The notes under the pieces are model-generated. The model did no database searches. It saw only the letters and a list, made by a program, of their open reading frames with translations, and had not been told where the DNA came from. Shown one piece after another: positions 19,216 to 28,444 of a DNA stretch of 64,000 bases. Made by a program: the position numbers and the translations under genes. How positions within the stretch are numbered: the first letter of the stretch is position 1; every line of letters begins with the position of its first letter. Source of the stretch: a virus; the IMG/VR virus record IMGVR_UViG_3300032893_000001, positions 24,183-88,182 of that record. One strand, given 5' to 3'.

Positions 19216-19745
19216 CCTTGAATCGTGGGCGCCATCTGGCCGCTGATGTTGCGAAGTTTGCCGCCGATCTCCTTCGCGGTCTGACCGACGCCGTACGCCG
19301 TCATCGCGCCACTCAGCGCGCTCATCGGATTCTTGGCAGCCCACCCCAGCCCCTTTCCCAAAAGACCACCGACTCCTTTGCCGGCGGCTCCAAGCAAGGA
19401 ACCTCCGATGCCTGCTGCCTTGTACCAGCTTTCGGCGGTGAGCAGGTTGCGCGCAGCAGCTTTCTGCGCTTCCTTCGGCAGCTTGGCGGCGGTCTTGGAA
19501 AAGTAGAGCATTGAGAGCGCGACGTTGCCTGGATCGACGCACGCGAACTTGCGAAGCGTCACGTCACCATCGCGGAGAACGAGCGCGAAGACATCGTCCG
19601 GGAGCGAGCGACGCTCTTCCTCGCTGAGCAAGTGCGCGCTCTTGACGAGCTCCGGCACCTCGAGTCGGCTCGGGAAGATCTCTCGAAAGAGATGCCCGGT
19701 GGGGTCGTCGTACACGTCGAGCAGAAGTCCGCTGAGCTTTTCCAT
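19212..19745 (-). CDS. Head-associated hypothetical protein
   Basis: GGGAG SD then ATG 19745 (MEKLSGLLLDVYDD); module LPDDVFALV..RKFACVD..YF; Gly-rich C-terminus. Confidence 0.7.
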   Translation of the reverse strand: MEKLSGLLLDVYDDPTGHLFREIFPSRLEVPELVKSAHLLSEEERRSLPDDVFALVLRDGDVTLRKFACVDPGNVALSMLYFSKTAAKLPKEAQKAAARNLLTAESWYKAAGIGGSLLGAAGKGVGGLLGKGLGWAAKNPMSALSGAMTAYGVGQTAKEIGGKLRNISGQMAPTIQG

Positions 19746-19789
19746 GGCGCTCCCTGTCTGAGCGTAATCGGCCAACGGCCGGTACCGCA

Positions 19790-19800
19790 AGAATACCGCA
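19790..19800 (-). promoter_or_regulatory. Candidate structural-strand promoter TGCGG-TATTCT
   Basis: Divergent intergenic region heading the portal block; 10/11 identical to the element at 48713. Confidence 0.6.
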
Positions 19801-19817
19801 AAGGTTAGCCGCCGCAG

Positions 19818-19828
19818 CGGAATAAGGG
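19818..19828 (+). promoter_or_regulatory. Candidate plus-strand promoter CGGAATAAGGG
   Basis: 36 nt before the first ATG of the replication block; 10/11 identical to 24774-24784. Confidence 0.6.
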
Positions 19829-19864
19829 AAACGAACAACCGGGCATAGACCCAGGAGGACAAGA

Positions 19865-20407
19865 ATGAACCAAACGACGGTGCAGACCACTCAGCAGCCC
19901 GAGTGCTACGGCAAGATCTGGGACCAAAGCGCGGTCGAGTGCGCCGGCGGCTACGACGCGACCTTCGTGGCACCCAACGGCGCCAAAGTTCGCCCGCGCT
20001 GCGATTACTTCGACTCCTGCAAGATCCGAACAGCTCTGGCGAAAACCGAGGCGCAACAGCGCGCGCTGGTGGCCCCCTCGAGCCTGATCCGTCCGCAGCA
20101 GCCGGCGGCGCCGTATGCTCCACGATTCCAGCAGCCGCCTCCGATGCAGATGACTCCCCAAGCAGCGCCTCCGCCGGCGTACCCGAACCCGCACTATCCG
20201 TACCCAATCGTGGTCAGCCAGCCGGTGCAGATGATGCCGACCAACTACGGAATCCCTGCGTACCTGACCGTTCCGGAAGAGAGGCGGTCTGGTGAGCACT
20301 TCCTCGCTCCACTTGGACGCGAGATGCTTCGTGCAGGCGGCAAGGCTCTCGGGCATGCGTTCGCAGCCTGGCTCGATCACAACGCGTTCAGCAAGAAGGA
20401 AGAATGA
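19865..20407 (+). CDS. Hypothetical protein with N-terminal Cys4 Zn site and Pro/Gln-rich linker
   Basis: AGGAGG SD; CYG...EC...C..FDSC. Confidence 0.75.
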   Translation: MNQTTVQTTQQPECYGKIWDQSAVECAGGYDATFVAPNGAKVRPRCDYFDSCKIRTALAKTEAQQRALVAPSSLIRPQQPAAPYAPRFQQPPPMQMTPQAAPPPAYPNPHYPYPIVVSQPVQMMPTNYGIPAYLTVPEERRSGEHFLAPLGREMLRAGGKALGHAFAAWLDHNAFSKKEE

Positions 20408-22110
20408 ACAAGCTCTCCGATCGAGGGTACCTGGATACGAATCTCTGGGTACCCAAAGTCCACTTCAACGTTGAGGGCGTGAAGCGCGCCCTCACGTTCT
20501 CGTACTTGGAGGGGAAGGACCGTATCCCCACGGATCTCCCCCTCTACCGAGAGACGGCAGATCATCTGGTCGTGCCGCGTGAGTTCTGGCCGCGCGACCA
20601 ACTTCCGTTCGAGATCGTCGATTGCCGACCGCAGCGCTACTCGCGCTCTCCTGTTCGGAGTCGCATCACGCTGGACCACAAAAGGCAGAACGACGGCTCC
20701 CTCATTCCCACTGGCAGCGACGTTCAACGCAAGTCGGTCGATGCGTTGATGAGCGCGCGCGGTGGCATTCTCCAACTTGCCTGCGGTAAGGGCAAGACAG
20801 TCGTCTTCCTGGAGGTCATTGCTCGTTCGGGCATGCCAGGACTGATCGTGGTCGATAACACGCAGCTTCTCGAGCAGTGGTCGGAGGCGATCTCCACCTT
20901 CTTGGATGTTCCTGGCGGCGTCGGCCTCATTCAAGAGCAGACGTTCGACTGGAAGAAGTGGGTCGTGCTCTCGACATACCAAACCCTCGCAAGACGCGCA
21001 GCCGACATGCCAGAAGAAGTTCGTCGGTGGTTCGGCATCATCGGCTGGGACGAGGCGCATCACGTCAACGCACCGACGTTCTCTCGAAGCGCAGACTTGT
21101 TCTACGGGCGCCGGTACGGTCTCACCGCGACACCCGAACGAGAAGATGGCCTGCACGTCATCCACGAGTTCCACTTCGGCAAGGTTCTCTACCGAGACCT
21201 CGTTCAGGAGATGCGTCCACGCATCTACTTCACGTACACAGGACTCGAGTTGAACATGCAAGACCCTGCGGTGGTCGACGCGACTTGCACGGACAACGGT
21301 GAGCTGCACCTGTCCAAGCTCGCCGTCTACTTCGGACAGTGGCGCCCGCGCCTCGACTTCATCCAGAACGAGATCCGCAACGCCCTCGCGCAAGACCGAA
21401 AGATCCTCGTGCTCTCGAACTCCATCGACGAGCTCGTGAATCTACTCGCGCTCTGGAATGGCAACACGGAGCTCTACACCGACATCAGTGTCGATCCGAG
21501 CGAGGTCGGAGAGACCGTGCAACCGCAACGCCTCGACGATGTCGCTCTTGCGAAGATGCTGACGGCCATCAGCAATCTCGAGACGGCGTTGCAAGACGCG
21601 TCACTCGACAAGGACGTCTTCGAAGGGCTCGAGAAGGAGATCGCGATCTACAAGAGCACCATCAAAGCGCATGAGGTGTTCGAGAAAGTCGAAGCCCTTC
21701 GACGGAAAAAGCAACGTGAGTACATCGCTCGAACCCTGCGTAAGGACAGTGACGCAGGACTGATGATTCACCGTGTCGATCCGAAGCATCGGATGAAGAT
21801 GCTCAAGGAGAAGAGGGTCACCTTCGCCATCATGAAGTACGGCAAGGAGGGCCTCGACAACCCCGCGCTCGACACCGTGATCATTCTCGAGCCGATGAGC
21901 TCGAAGAACATGCTTCAGCAGGTGATGGGCCGAGTTCTCCGTCACAAGGAAGGAAAGAAAGCACCGGTCGTCGTGGTGCTAGAAGACAACATCGGGCCGA
22001 TGATCGGCATGTGCCAGAAGATGCGGAAGCACCTTCGACAGTGGCCTATCGACGACGGCGGTCCGTACGAGTACGAGCTACTGAACTACCCCAAAGGAAG
22101 AAAACGATGA
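20404..22110 (+). CDS. Superfamily 2 DNA helicase (UvsW/XPB-like)
   Basis: Motif I CGKGKT, motif II DEAH, motif III TAT, motif V EGLD, motif VI QVMGRVLR. Confidence 0.92.
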   Translation: MNKLSDRGYLDTNLWVPKVHFNVEGVKRALTFSYLEGKDRIPTDLPLYRETADHLVVPREFWPRDQLPFEIVDCRPQRYSRSPVRSRITLDHKRQNDGSLIPTGSDVQRKSVDALMSARGGILQLACGKGKTVVFLEVIARSGMPGLIVVDNTQLLEQWSEAISTFLDVPGGVGLIQEQTFDWKKWVVLSTYQTLARRAADMPEEVRRWFGIIGWDEAHHVNAPTFSRSADLFYGRRYGLTATPEREDGLHVIHEFHFGKVLYRDLVQEMRPRIYFTYTGLELNMQDPAVVDATCTDNGELHLSKLAVYFGQWRPRLDFIQNEIRNALAQDRKILVLSNSIDELVNLLALWNGNTELYTDISVDPSEVGETVQPQRLDDVALAKMLTAISNLETALQDASLDKDVFEGLEKEIAIYKSTIKAHEVFEKVEALRRKKQREYIARTLRKDSDAGLMIHRVDPKHRMKMLKEKRVTFAIMKYGKEGLDNPALDTVIILEPMSSKNMLQQVMGRVLRHKEGKKAPVVVVLEDNIGPMIGMCQKMRKHLRQWPIDDGGPYEYELLNYPKGRKR

Positions 22111-22613
22111 ACGAAGACAACGCACTCTGGGCAGTCGTACGCGCCGCTAGCGGCGATCTCTACCTGATGAACATCATCTCCGTGTTCGACGAGGAAGGGC
22201 AGCCGATCGTGAGCACGTCTCTGAAAGAGACGGTGATGAAGCAGTTCATGAAAGGCCGGCTCGTCCTGAAGGCGCTGCCCGCTCACGAGTACGCCGTGTC
22301 CCTCGGGCCGTCGCCCGAAGGCGGCATCGTGAAGAGGAGCTTCGTGACGCCGCTCGGAACGACGCTCGGCAGCCCACCGCTCTACCTGAAAGATGTCGCC
22401 TCGATCTACTTCGTCGAGGACATGGACGAATCCGACAAGAAGGTCCACCAAAGCTACATCGAAGAAGCGGCACGGACCATCGAGCACGCACGGCAAGCAG
22501 GAGGTCCTTCGAAAGAAACGGCAGGGTCGCCTCTGATGATGCCGCAGATGCCGCCGGGCATGTCGATGGCGCAGCTCGCGCAGATGATGCGAGGGCAGGG
22601 TCCGAAACCGTGA
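22107..22613 (+). CDS. Hypothetical protein
   Basis: ATGA coupling; fills the operon. Confidence 0.7.
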   Translation: MNEDNALWAVVRAASGDLYLMNIISVFDEEGQPIVSTSLKETVMKQFMKGRLVLKALPAHEYAVSLGPSPEGGIVKRSFVTPLGTTLGSPPLYLKDVASIYFVEDMDESDKKVHQSYIEEAARTIEHARQAGGPSKETAGSPLMMPQMPPGMSMAQLAQMMRGQGPKP

Positions 22614-23491
22614 TGGACGCCCGCAAGTCGCTGCACGTGCTGAACCAGGAGTGGTCGAACTGCACGCGCTGTGAACTTGGCACGCACCGGATGGCGGTGA
22701 ACGGCGAGATGGTCTTCGGAGAGGGTGAGCCTCGTGCCATCCTCTTCGTTGGCGAAGGCCCTGGAAAGAACGAAGAACGCCAGGGCCGGCCGTTCGTTGG
22801 AGAGTCGGGAGGAATCTTCCGCACTGTCCTCAGCCAATTCCGGTTCGACAAGTTCTACGTGACCAACGTCGTAGCGTGCCGTTCTTGCACGCCGATGACG
22901 ACGGCAGACGGCTCTCCGATGTTCGGCAAGTCGTTCGGCAAACGCCCCCCGATGCCGCTATACCGAGACGAGCCGCCGTCTGCCGTAGCCGTGTCTGCTT
23001 GCTTGCCGCGGCTGCTCGAAGAGATCTATCTCGTCGACCCCGTGCTGATCGTCAGTCTTGGAGCAAAAGCCGCTGAAGCACTGACCGGCAAGGCAGTCGC
23101 GATCACCCAGGAGAGGGGCAAGGAGCGACACATCACCATTCCAGGAGCGTCGCATCGTGCGTCGCTCACAGAGAAGAAGGGTGCCTGGATTCGAAAGATC
23201 GGGGGCAAGACTGTTGCCCCGACGGAACCGAACGAGGTCCGCTACCTTCTTCTTCCAACGCTGCACCCTGCGTACGTCCTACGATCGCTGTCGGACAAGC
23301 GCAACAACAGCGCGCTACGCCAGTTCGCTTCCGACATCCGAAAAGCGGTGCGCATCTACGAGCAGTACATGGTCGAGGTGTTCGGTGTCACCGTAACGAC
23401 GAACAGCAACGCAACGGACGAGCAGATCGAGGAAACGATCGACAACCTGCGCGAGCGGGAGGAGGACGAGGATCAATATGGCCAAGGGTAA
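22610..23491 (+). CDS. udg: Uracil-DNA glycosylase, family 4 (Fe-S type)
   Basis: CTRC, VGEGPG, GRPFVGESG, TNVVACR and LHPAY motifs. Confidence 0.92.
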   Translation: MMDARKSLHVLNQEWSNCTRCELGTHRMAVNGEMVFGEGEPRAILFVGEGPGKNEERQGRPFVGESGGIFRTVLSQFRFDKFYVTNVVACRSCTPMTTADGSPMFGKSFGKRPPMPLYRDEPPSAVAVSACLPRLLEEIYLVDPVLIVSLGAKAAEALTGKAVAITQERGKERHITIPGASHRASLTEKKGAWIRKIGGKTVAPTEPNEVRYLLLPTLHPAYVLRSLSDKRNNSALRQFASDIRKAVRIYEQYMVEVFGVTVTTNSNATDEQIEETIDNLREREEDEDQYGQG

Positions 23492-23927
23492 CGCGCGAAC
23501 TCCGAAGACCGTCGTCGACATCAAAGAGATCCCGGAGGTCGAGCAGCTCCTCGAAACCGAGAAGAAAATTCAGGAGCTCATCGACAGCAACCCGGACTTC
23601 TACAAGAAGCTCGCGGAGCTGGTCGAAGAGCGCAACACGTACTTGCAAGCCGCCGAGAAAGTCGTTCGTGCCAGCGGCGTCTCCTGCGGACCGTTCAACA
23701 AGCTCTCGGAGACTGTCGACATCGACGTCGAGAAACTCTTCGACGAGCTCGGACCGGACGGCTTCGCAGAAGTCGGTGGCTACACCGAGAAGGTGACCAC
23801 GTACAAGCTCGATCGCACGCGGTTCATCTCCCACCTCGAGGCAGGGCACGTTCCGCAGGAAGTCAAAGAGACCTGCGTCGGCGTGAAGCGTAGCTACAAG
23901 AAGCCGGAGACGTACAAGCTGCCATGA
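23478..23927 (+). CDS. Hypothetical protein
   Basis: 149-aa ORF with SD; operon-coupled. Confidence 0.75.
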   Translation: MAKGNARTPKTVVDIKEIPEVEQLLETEKKIQELIDSNPDFYKKLAELVEERNTYLQAAEKVVRASGVSCGPFNKLSETVDIDVEKLFDELGPDGFAEVGGYTEKVTTYKLDRTRFISHLEAGHVPQEVKETCVGVKRSYKKPETYKLP

Positions 23928-24253
23928 TGAACTACAGCAAATCGATCACCGACCTCGACGGCAACGAGATCAAACGAGAAGGAGGAGCCATCAAGAACGA
24001 CCGCGTACGTGACCTCCTCGGCGACGAGAAGGCGCAGGTCGAAGTTCTCGTTGGCACGACACTGGGCTTCGGTGAAGCGAAGGTACACGTCGCAGTCCGC
24101 CTGACGTGCAACCAGGACGAGGCCACCGTCTTCGAAGCGGGAGAGATTGCCTACCGCACGGCGAAAGAGATCGCTCGAAGCAGCCTCGACGATCTCGCGC
24201 CGCCTCTTCCGAACATCGCTGCATCACCTCCGCCGGCAGGCACCCCCCGATGA
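23924..24253 (+). CDS. Hypothetical protein
   Basis: ATGA coupling on both sides. Confidence 0.7.
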   Translation: MMNYSKSITDLDGNEIKREGGAIKNDRVRDLLGDEKAQVEVLVGTTLGFGEAKVHVAVRLTCNQDEATVFEAGEIAYRTAKEIARSSLDDLAPPLPNIAASPPPAGTPR

Positions 24254-24600
24254 GAAAAGGCACGCTCAAGCCAAACGCGCTCGCGATCGCAAGCCTCGAA
24301 GCCGACTTCATCAACCCGCCAACGGGGAAGATGACGGCGAAGGCCGCCTTCGTGAATCTGGAAACGGGCGCAACGCACGGATGGACGACGCACCAGACCT
24401 GGTCCCCGTCGACCATTCAAAAACTTCGCGAGTTGAAGGACGCGATGGAGGCAGACATGGCCGCCGCCCACTTCCTCGAGGCGGGCATCGAAGAACCCGG
24501 CGGAATCACGATGCCTGCCACCTCTTCGCGCGTCGTTTCGCCTGGCGGACTCGGGGAACACCTGGATAGTCAAGGAGAAGACGCCGAATCGATTGCATGA
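24250..24600 (+). CDS. Hypothetical protein
   Basis: ATGA coupling (MRKGTLKPNALAIAS...). Confidence 0.7.
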   Translation: MRKGTLKPNALAIASLEADFINPPTGKMTAKAAFVNLETGATHGWTTHQTWSPSTIQKLRELKDAMEADMAAAHFLEAGIEEPGGITMPATSSRVVSPGGLGEHLDSQGEDAESIA

Positions 24601-24699
24601 GGCGCGCGTCGGTTGACTTCTTCGATGCCCTCGAGCATCGTGAGCAGTCCACGGAGCGCGCGTCATGATCTACCCCCAGACGCACTGACGACGGAAAAA

Positions 24700-24735
24700 G
24701 AAGGGCGGCCGCAAGGTACGCCCTTCTCCTTTTTT
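24700..24735 (+). terminator. Intrinsic terminator
   Basis: GAAGGGCG..CC-GCAA-GG..CGCCCTTC stem-loop followed by a T-tract. Confidence 0.7.
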
Positions 24736-24773
24736 CTACCCCCGAGACGACCGACGCAACTCTGCGCGCCACC

Positions 24774-24784
24774 CGGTATAAGGG
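24774..24784 (+). promoter_or_regulatory. Candidate plus-strand promoter CGGTATAAGGG
   Basis: Lies between a terminator and the dnaB ATG (33 nt upstream); matches 19818-19828. Confidence 0.6.
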
Positions 24785-24817
24785 CTGCGCGCAGGACAAC
24801 TATTGCAAGGAGGCACC

Positions 24818-26230
24818 ATGGCTCACATCGAGATGCAGCTACTCAGCCGCATCGTACGAACAGGCGCCCTCGCCGCTGCCCTCGACTGGGGTATCGTCCC
24901 GAACGACTTCCGTACCACGGAAGGCCGCGGGCTGTTCGTCAACATCCTTGGCTACTGGCGTGCGAACGACACGCAGGGTGCCATCCCCGGCCCCTTTCTC
25001 ATCAAGGAGGCGTACCCGACCTTCGAATTTTGTGATGACCCGTCGATGACGACGGAGGCGCTTTGTACCGAAGTTCGAAAGAACCGTCTCGCACTCGAAA
25101 TGAAGGAGTACATCGGCAACCGTCTGGAGGACATCGACGTCGACCCGATGGGGGCACTCAACAGCCTCGTCAGCGAGTTGCAACGACTACAGAACGTCGG
25201 GTTGAAGAACTACGACTCCCACTTCGATGACGCGATGGAGGAGCTCCTTCTTCGCTACAAGAACGCCAAGGACGGCGTAGGCAACTCCTCGCTGCTCTGG
25301 CCATGGGAACCGTTCAACGAGCAGACACTCGGCATCCAAGAGGACGACTACATCGTTCTGTACGGTCGACCGAAGAGCATGAAGTCCTTCGTGTTGTCCG
25401 CGATGGCTGCGAGCGCATACGACCAGGGAAAGAAGGTGCTCGTCTACACGAAGGAGATGCCCGCTTGGCAGCTCTTCCGCCGAGTCGGAGCCTTCATCGC
25501 TCGCCTGCCATACAGCGAGCTTCGTCTTGGCCGCTTGAGCCCAGAAGACGAGCAGAAGCTCAACGATCTCTACATGATGGTCAGAGAGCAATCGAAGGCC
25601 ACGCAGGGTAGCCACAACATCATCTGCATCTCGGGACGTGACGCTCCTGCGGGTCAGGACAGCATGTCGTGGGTCCGCAGCAAGGTCGACAAGTACCAAC
25701 CAGACATCGTCTTCATCGATGGCCTGTACCTGATGAGCGCCGATGGCAAACCCGGTAAAGACCACGAGCGTGTCGCCTCGATCTCTCGAGCAGCACGCGA
25801 CATGGTCCTCGGAACGCGCATCCCGCTCGTCGCTACGATGCAAGCCAACCGCAACGCGGCGAAGCACAACAACGCGGAGCTCGACGAGATCGCGTACTCC
25901 GACGCCATCGGACAAGACGCAACGGTGGCTATTCGTTGCATCAACGATCGATCGGATGAGCATCCGACCGTGTCACTGGTCATCGGTGGCTCCCGCGAGT
26001 TCAAGCTCCACGGAGTCAAGATCAACGCGCGCCCCTGCGTCGACTTTTCATTCAACCGCGAGATGACGGAGAAGGAAATCTCCAAGGCCGCTGAGAAAGA
26101 CGCTGAGGGTGGCGAAGACGAAAAGAAGAAGAAAGCGATCACGCGGCAGCCCGTGACGAAGATGAACAAGGACAACGTTCCGACCTCCACCATCTCCGAG
26201 GTCAAGGAAAACATCAAAGACATCGTATGA
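24818..26230 (+). CDS. dnaB: Replicative DnaB-like (SF4) helicase
   Basis: AAGGAGG SD; Walker A GRPKSMKS, TKEM, DIVFIDGLY, MQANR, SDAIGQDA; adjacent to primase. Confidence 0.88.
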   Translation: MAHIEMQLLSRIVRTGALAAALDWGIVPNDFRTTEGRGLFVNILGYWRANDTQGAIPGPFLIKEAYPTFEFCDDPSMTTEALCTEVRKNRLALEMKEYIGNRLEDIDVDPMGALNSLVSELQRLQNVGLKNYDSHFDDAMEELLLRYKNAKDGVGNSSLLWPWEPFNEQTLGIQEDDYIVLYGRPKSMKSFVLSAMAASAYDQGKKVLVYTKEMPAWQLFRRVGAFIARLPYSELRLGRLSPEDEQKLNDLYMMVREQSKATQGSHNIICISGRDAPAGQDSMSWVRSKVDKYQPDIVFIDGLYLMSADGKPGKDHERVASISRAARDMVLGTRIPLVATMQANRNAAKHNNAELDEIAYSDAIGQDATVAIRCINDRSDEHPTVSLVIGGSREFKLHGVKINARPCVDFSFNREMTEKEISKAAEKDAEGGEDEKKKKAITRQPVTKMNKDNVPTSTISEVKENIKDIV

Positions 26231-27207
26231 CCATCAACACCGAAGTCCTCGACGTCGTCTCGAAGTTCCTGGACGGCGCACGACGAAGCGGCCCTGACAA
26301 CGTCATGGCCATCTGCCCCTTCCACGTGAAGGCGGAAACAGGACTTCCGGAGAAGACGCCGTCGTTCGCAATCTCGCTCACGACAGGCTTGTGGATGTGC
26401 CACGCCTGCCACGAGAAGGGGAACCTTCGAACGTTCCTGCGGGACATCGGCGTTCCCGGCAAGACGATCGACACGTTCTACAAGCCGTTGCTCGAGCAGA
26501 TCGAGGAGCGTGCAGCGCGGCAGACTCGCAAGGCTCAGCGCATCTTCAGCGGCCTGACCAGCGGTGTTCTCGAGGAGAGCAGTCTCGGTCTCTTCGAGCA
26601 TTGCCCGCTGTCCCTCCTCGAGGAGGGCTTCTCCGAAGACACGCTGAAGCACTTCGACGTCGGCTACGACACGAAGAACAACCGTATCACGTTTCCTATC
26701 CGGGACATCCTCGGGCGACTTGTCGGCATCAGTGGCAGAGCGACGATGGACGATCACCCGCGGTACAAAGTGTACTCGGAGAAGGAATACAAGGCTTGGG
26801 GACTGACGCCCATCTCCACGGACAAGAGTCACATTCTCTGGAACGCGGAGCGCGTCTACCCCGAGTCCTGGTTCGACAAGTCACCTGCCATTCTCGTGTG
26901 CGAAGGATTCAAGGCGTGCATGTGGTCATGGCAGGCCGGCTTCAAGAACACCGTAGCGCTGATGGGGTCCTTCCTTTCCCCGTACCAGCGCGCGGTACTT
27001 GAGCGCATGGGTGGTGCGGTCTACTTGTTTCTCGACAACGACGAGGCTGGACAGAAAGGAGTCATGCAGATCAGCCGACGGCTCGCCCGGACCCTGCGGG
27101 TGCGCGTCGTGCAGTACGAAGAACGTCAACCAACCGACCTGAGCCCACAACAAGTCCAAGAGGCCGTCTCGAAGGCGGTGGACTACATCGGGCCGATAGA
27201 GAGGTAA
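26227..27207 (+). CDS. dnaG: DnaG-like DNA primase
   Basis: Zn finger CPFH...CHAC, RITFPIRD..GISGR, TOPRIM CEG and LDND. Confidence 0.92.
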   Translation: MTINTEVLDVVSKFLDGARRSGPDNVMAICPFHVKAETGLPEKTPSFAISLTTGLWMCHACHEKGNLRTFLRDIGVPGKTIDTFYKPLLEQIEERAARQTRKAQRIFSGLTSGVLEESSLGLFEHCPLSLLEEGFSEDTLKHFDVGYDTKNNRITFPIRDILGRLVGISGRATMDDHPRYKVYSEKEYKAWGLTPISTDKSHILWNAERVYPESWFDKSPAILVCEGFKACMWSWQAGFKNTVALMGSFLSPYQRAVLERMGGAVYLFLDNDEAGQKGVMQISRRLARTLRVRVVQYEERQPTDLSPQQVQEAVSKAVDYIGPIER

Positions 27208-27209
27208 CA

Positions 27210-28388
27210 ATGTTCGGAAAAGATCCCACCAGGCTGGGCCGTGTGCCCGCTTTCGGTGGCTCGCTCAACCAGCGCGCTACCGCTTTCAAGGACCATTCGC
27301 GTGGACCGCGCACGACCCGTGGCCGTCGCTTCAGCGACGAGTACAAGCCGCCCATGGGTCCTCACGCACTCGACGTCGGCCGCCTGCTTCCCGGCAACTA
27401 CACCGTGCAGATCGCCGGTGACGAGAAGGGCGAAAGCCTCGCAGAGGTGCAACTCGAGTTCTTCCCGTTCGTCGAGCACTTCGACGGACGCACGAACAAG
27501 TCCAGCGTCTGCTCGGGTGGTCCGCTGCACAACTTCAAGGGCAAGCGGGACGACTGCCGCGGATGCGACATGTTCTACGAGGGCCTCGGAGCACCGAAGG
27601 GGACGACGAAGCGCATGTCGAAGCGCGACATGTTCGTCTTCAACTTCTTGCACATGGCTCCGTACCACAAGGTGGAGTCGCTCGATCAGAACACGGGGCA
27701 GATCCGCGTGAACGAGCGTGGCGAGCCCTACTACGACTGGCATCCGTGCGAAGGTCGAACCTGCACGGCGTGCAAGGCCGGCAAGGAGACGAAGCACGGG
27801 CGTGTGCGCCCCTGGCCGATGGGGTACTCGCACTTCAACACGCTGATCGAGGCGTACAACCCGCTCGTGGGCAACTCGTGCGCAAGCTGCGGCACCAAGA
27901 ACAGCATCCGGTCCATCGCCTGGGTGTGCCCCGTCGAAGGCTGCGGCGAGGCGATCATCGACCTCTCGACCACCACCATGACCGACGCGGACATCGCGAA
28001 GATCGTGATGCGAGAAATCGAGTGCCCGGCCTGCAAGAACCGAGTGATGGCGCAGGAGATGTACGAGTGCACCGCATGCGGCAATGCGCGCCGTGCCTCG
28101 ATCTTCGACGTCAACATCCACGTTCAGCGCATCAACAACTCGAAGGAGGGGGGCAACCAGACGACGCTCATGGTGACGGACTGGTCACACCCCTGCCCGA
28201 TCGATCCATCGTTCACGGAGATCGCAAAGCCGCTGCCTCTCGACAAGATGTACGCTCCGACGCCCCTCGAGGTGCAGGATCGTCTCTTCGAGGCGCAGGG
28301 CGCAGGACCCGTCACGAACCAGGGGTACCGCCCGTACGGCGGCGGACAACCCGTCGGTGGACCGCAGGGACCCAACTACGGACACTGA
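27210..28388 (+). CDS. Cys-rich protein, candidate ssDNA-binding protein
   Basis: Sits between primase and PolA and has its own terminator; six Cys-pair motifs. Confidence 0.5.
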   Translation: MFGKDPTRLGRVPAFGGSLNQRATAFKDHSRGPRTTRGRRFSDEYKPPMGPHALDVGRLLPGNYTVQIAGDEKGESLAEVQLEFFPFVEHFDGRTNKSSVCSGGPLHNFKGKRDDCRGCDMFYEGLGAPKGTTKRMSKRDMFVFNFLHMAPYHKVESLDQNTGQIRVNERGEPYYDWHPCEGRTCTACKAGKETKHGRVRPWPMGYSHFNTLIEAYNPLVGNSCASCGTKNSIRSIAWVCPVEGCGEAIIDLSTTTMTDADIAKIVMREIECPACKNRVMAQEMYECTACGNARRASIFDVNIHVQRINNSKEGGNQTTLMVTDWSHPCPIDPSFTEIAKPLPLDKMYAPTPLEVQDRLFEAQGAGPVTNQGYRPYGGGQPVGGPQGPNYGH

Positions 28389-28396
28389 GCACAACG

Positions 28397-28433
28397 AGCC
28401 CGCGCTGAGGAATCGGCGCGGGCTTTTTTCTTT
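28397..28433 (+). terminator. Intrinsic terminator
   Basis: AGCCCGCGC-TGA-GGAA-TCG-GCGCGGGCT followed by TTTTTCTTT. Confidence 0.85.
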
Positions 28434-28444
28434 CTGGAGGATGA

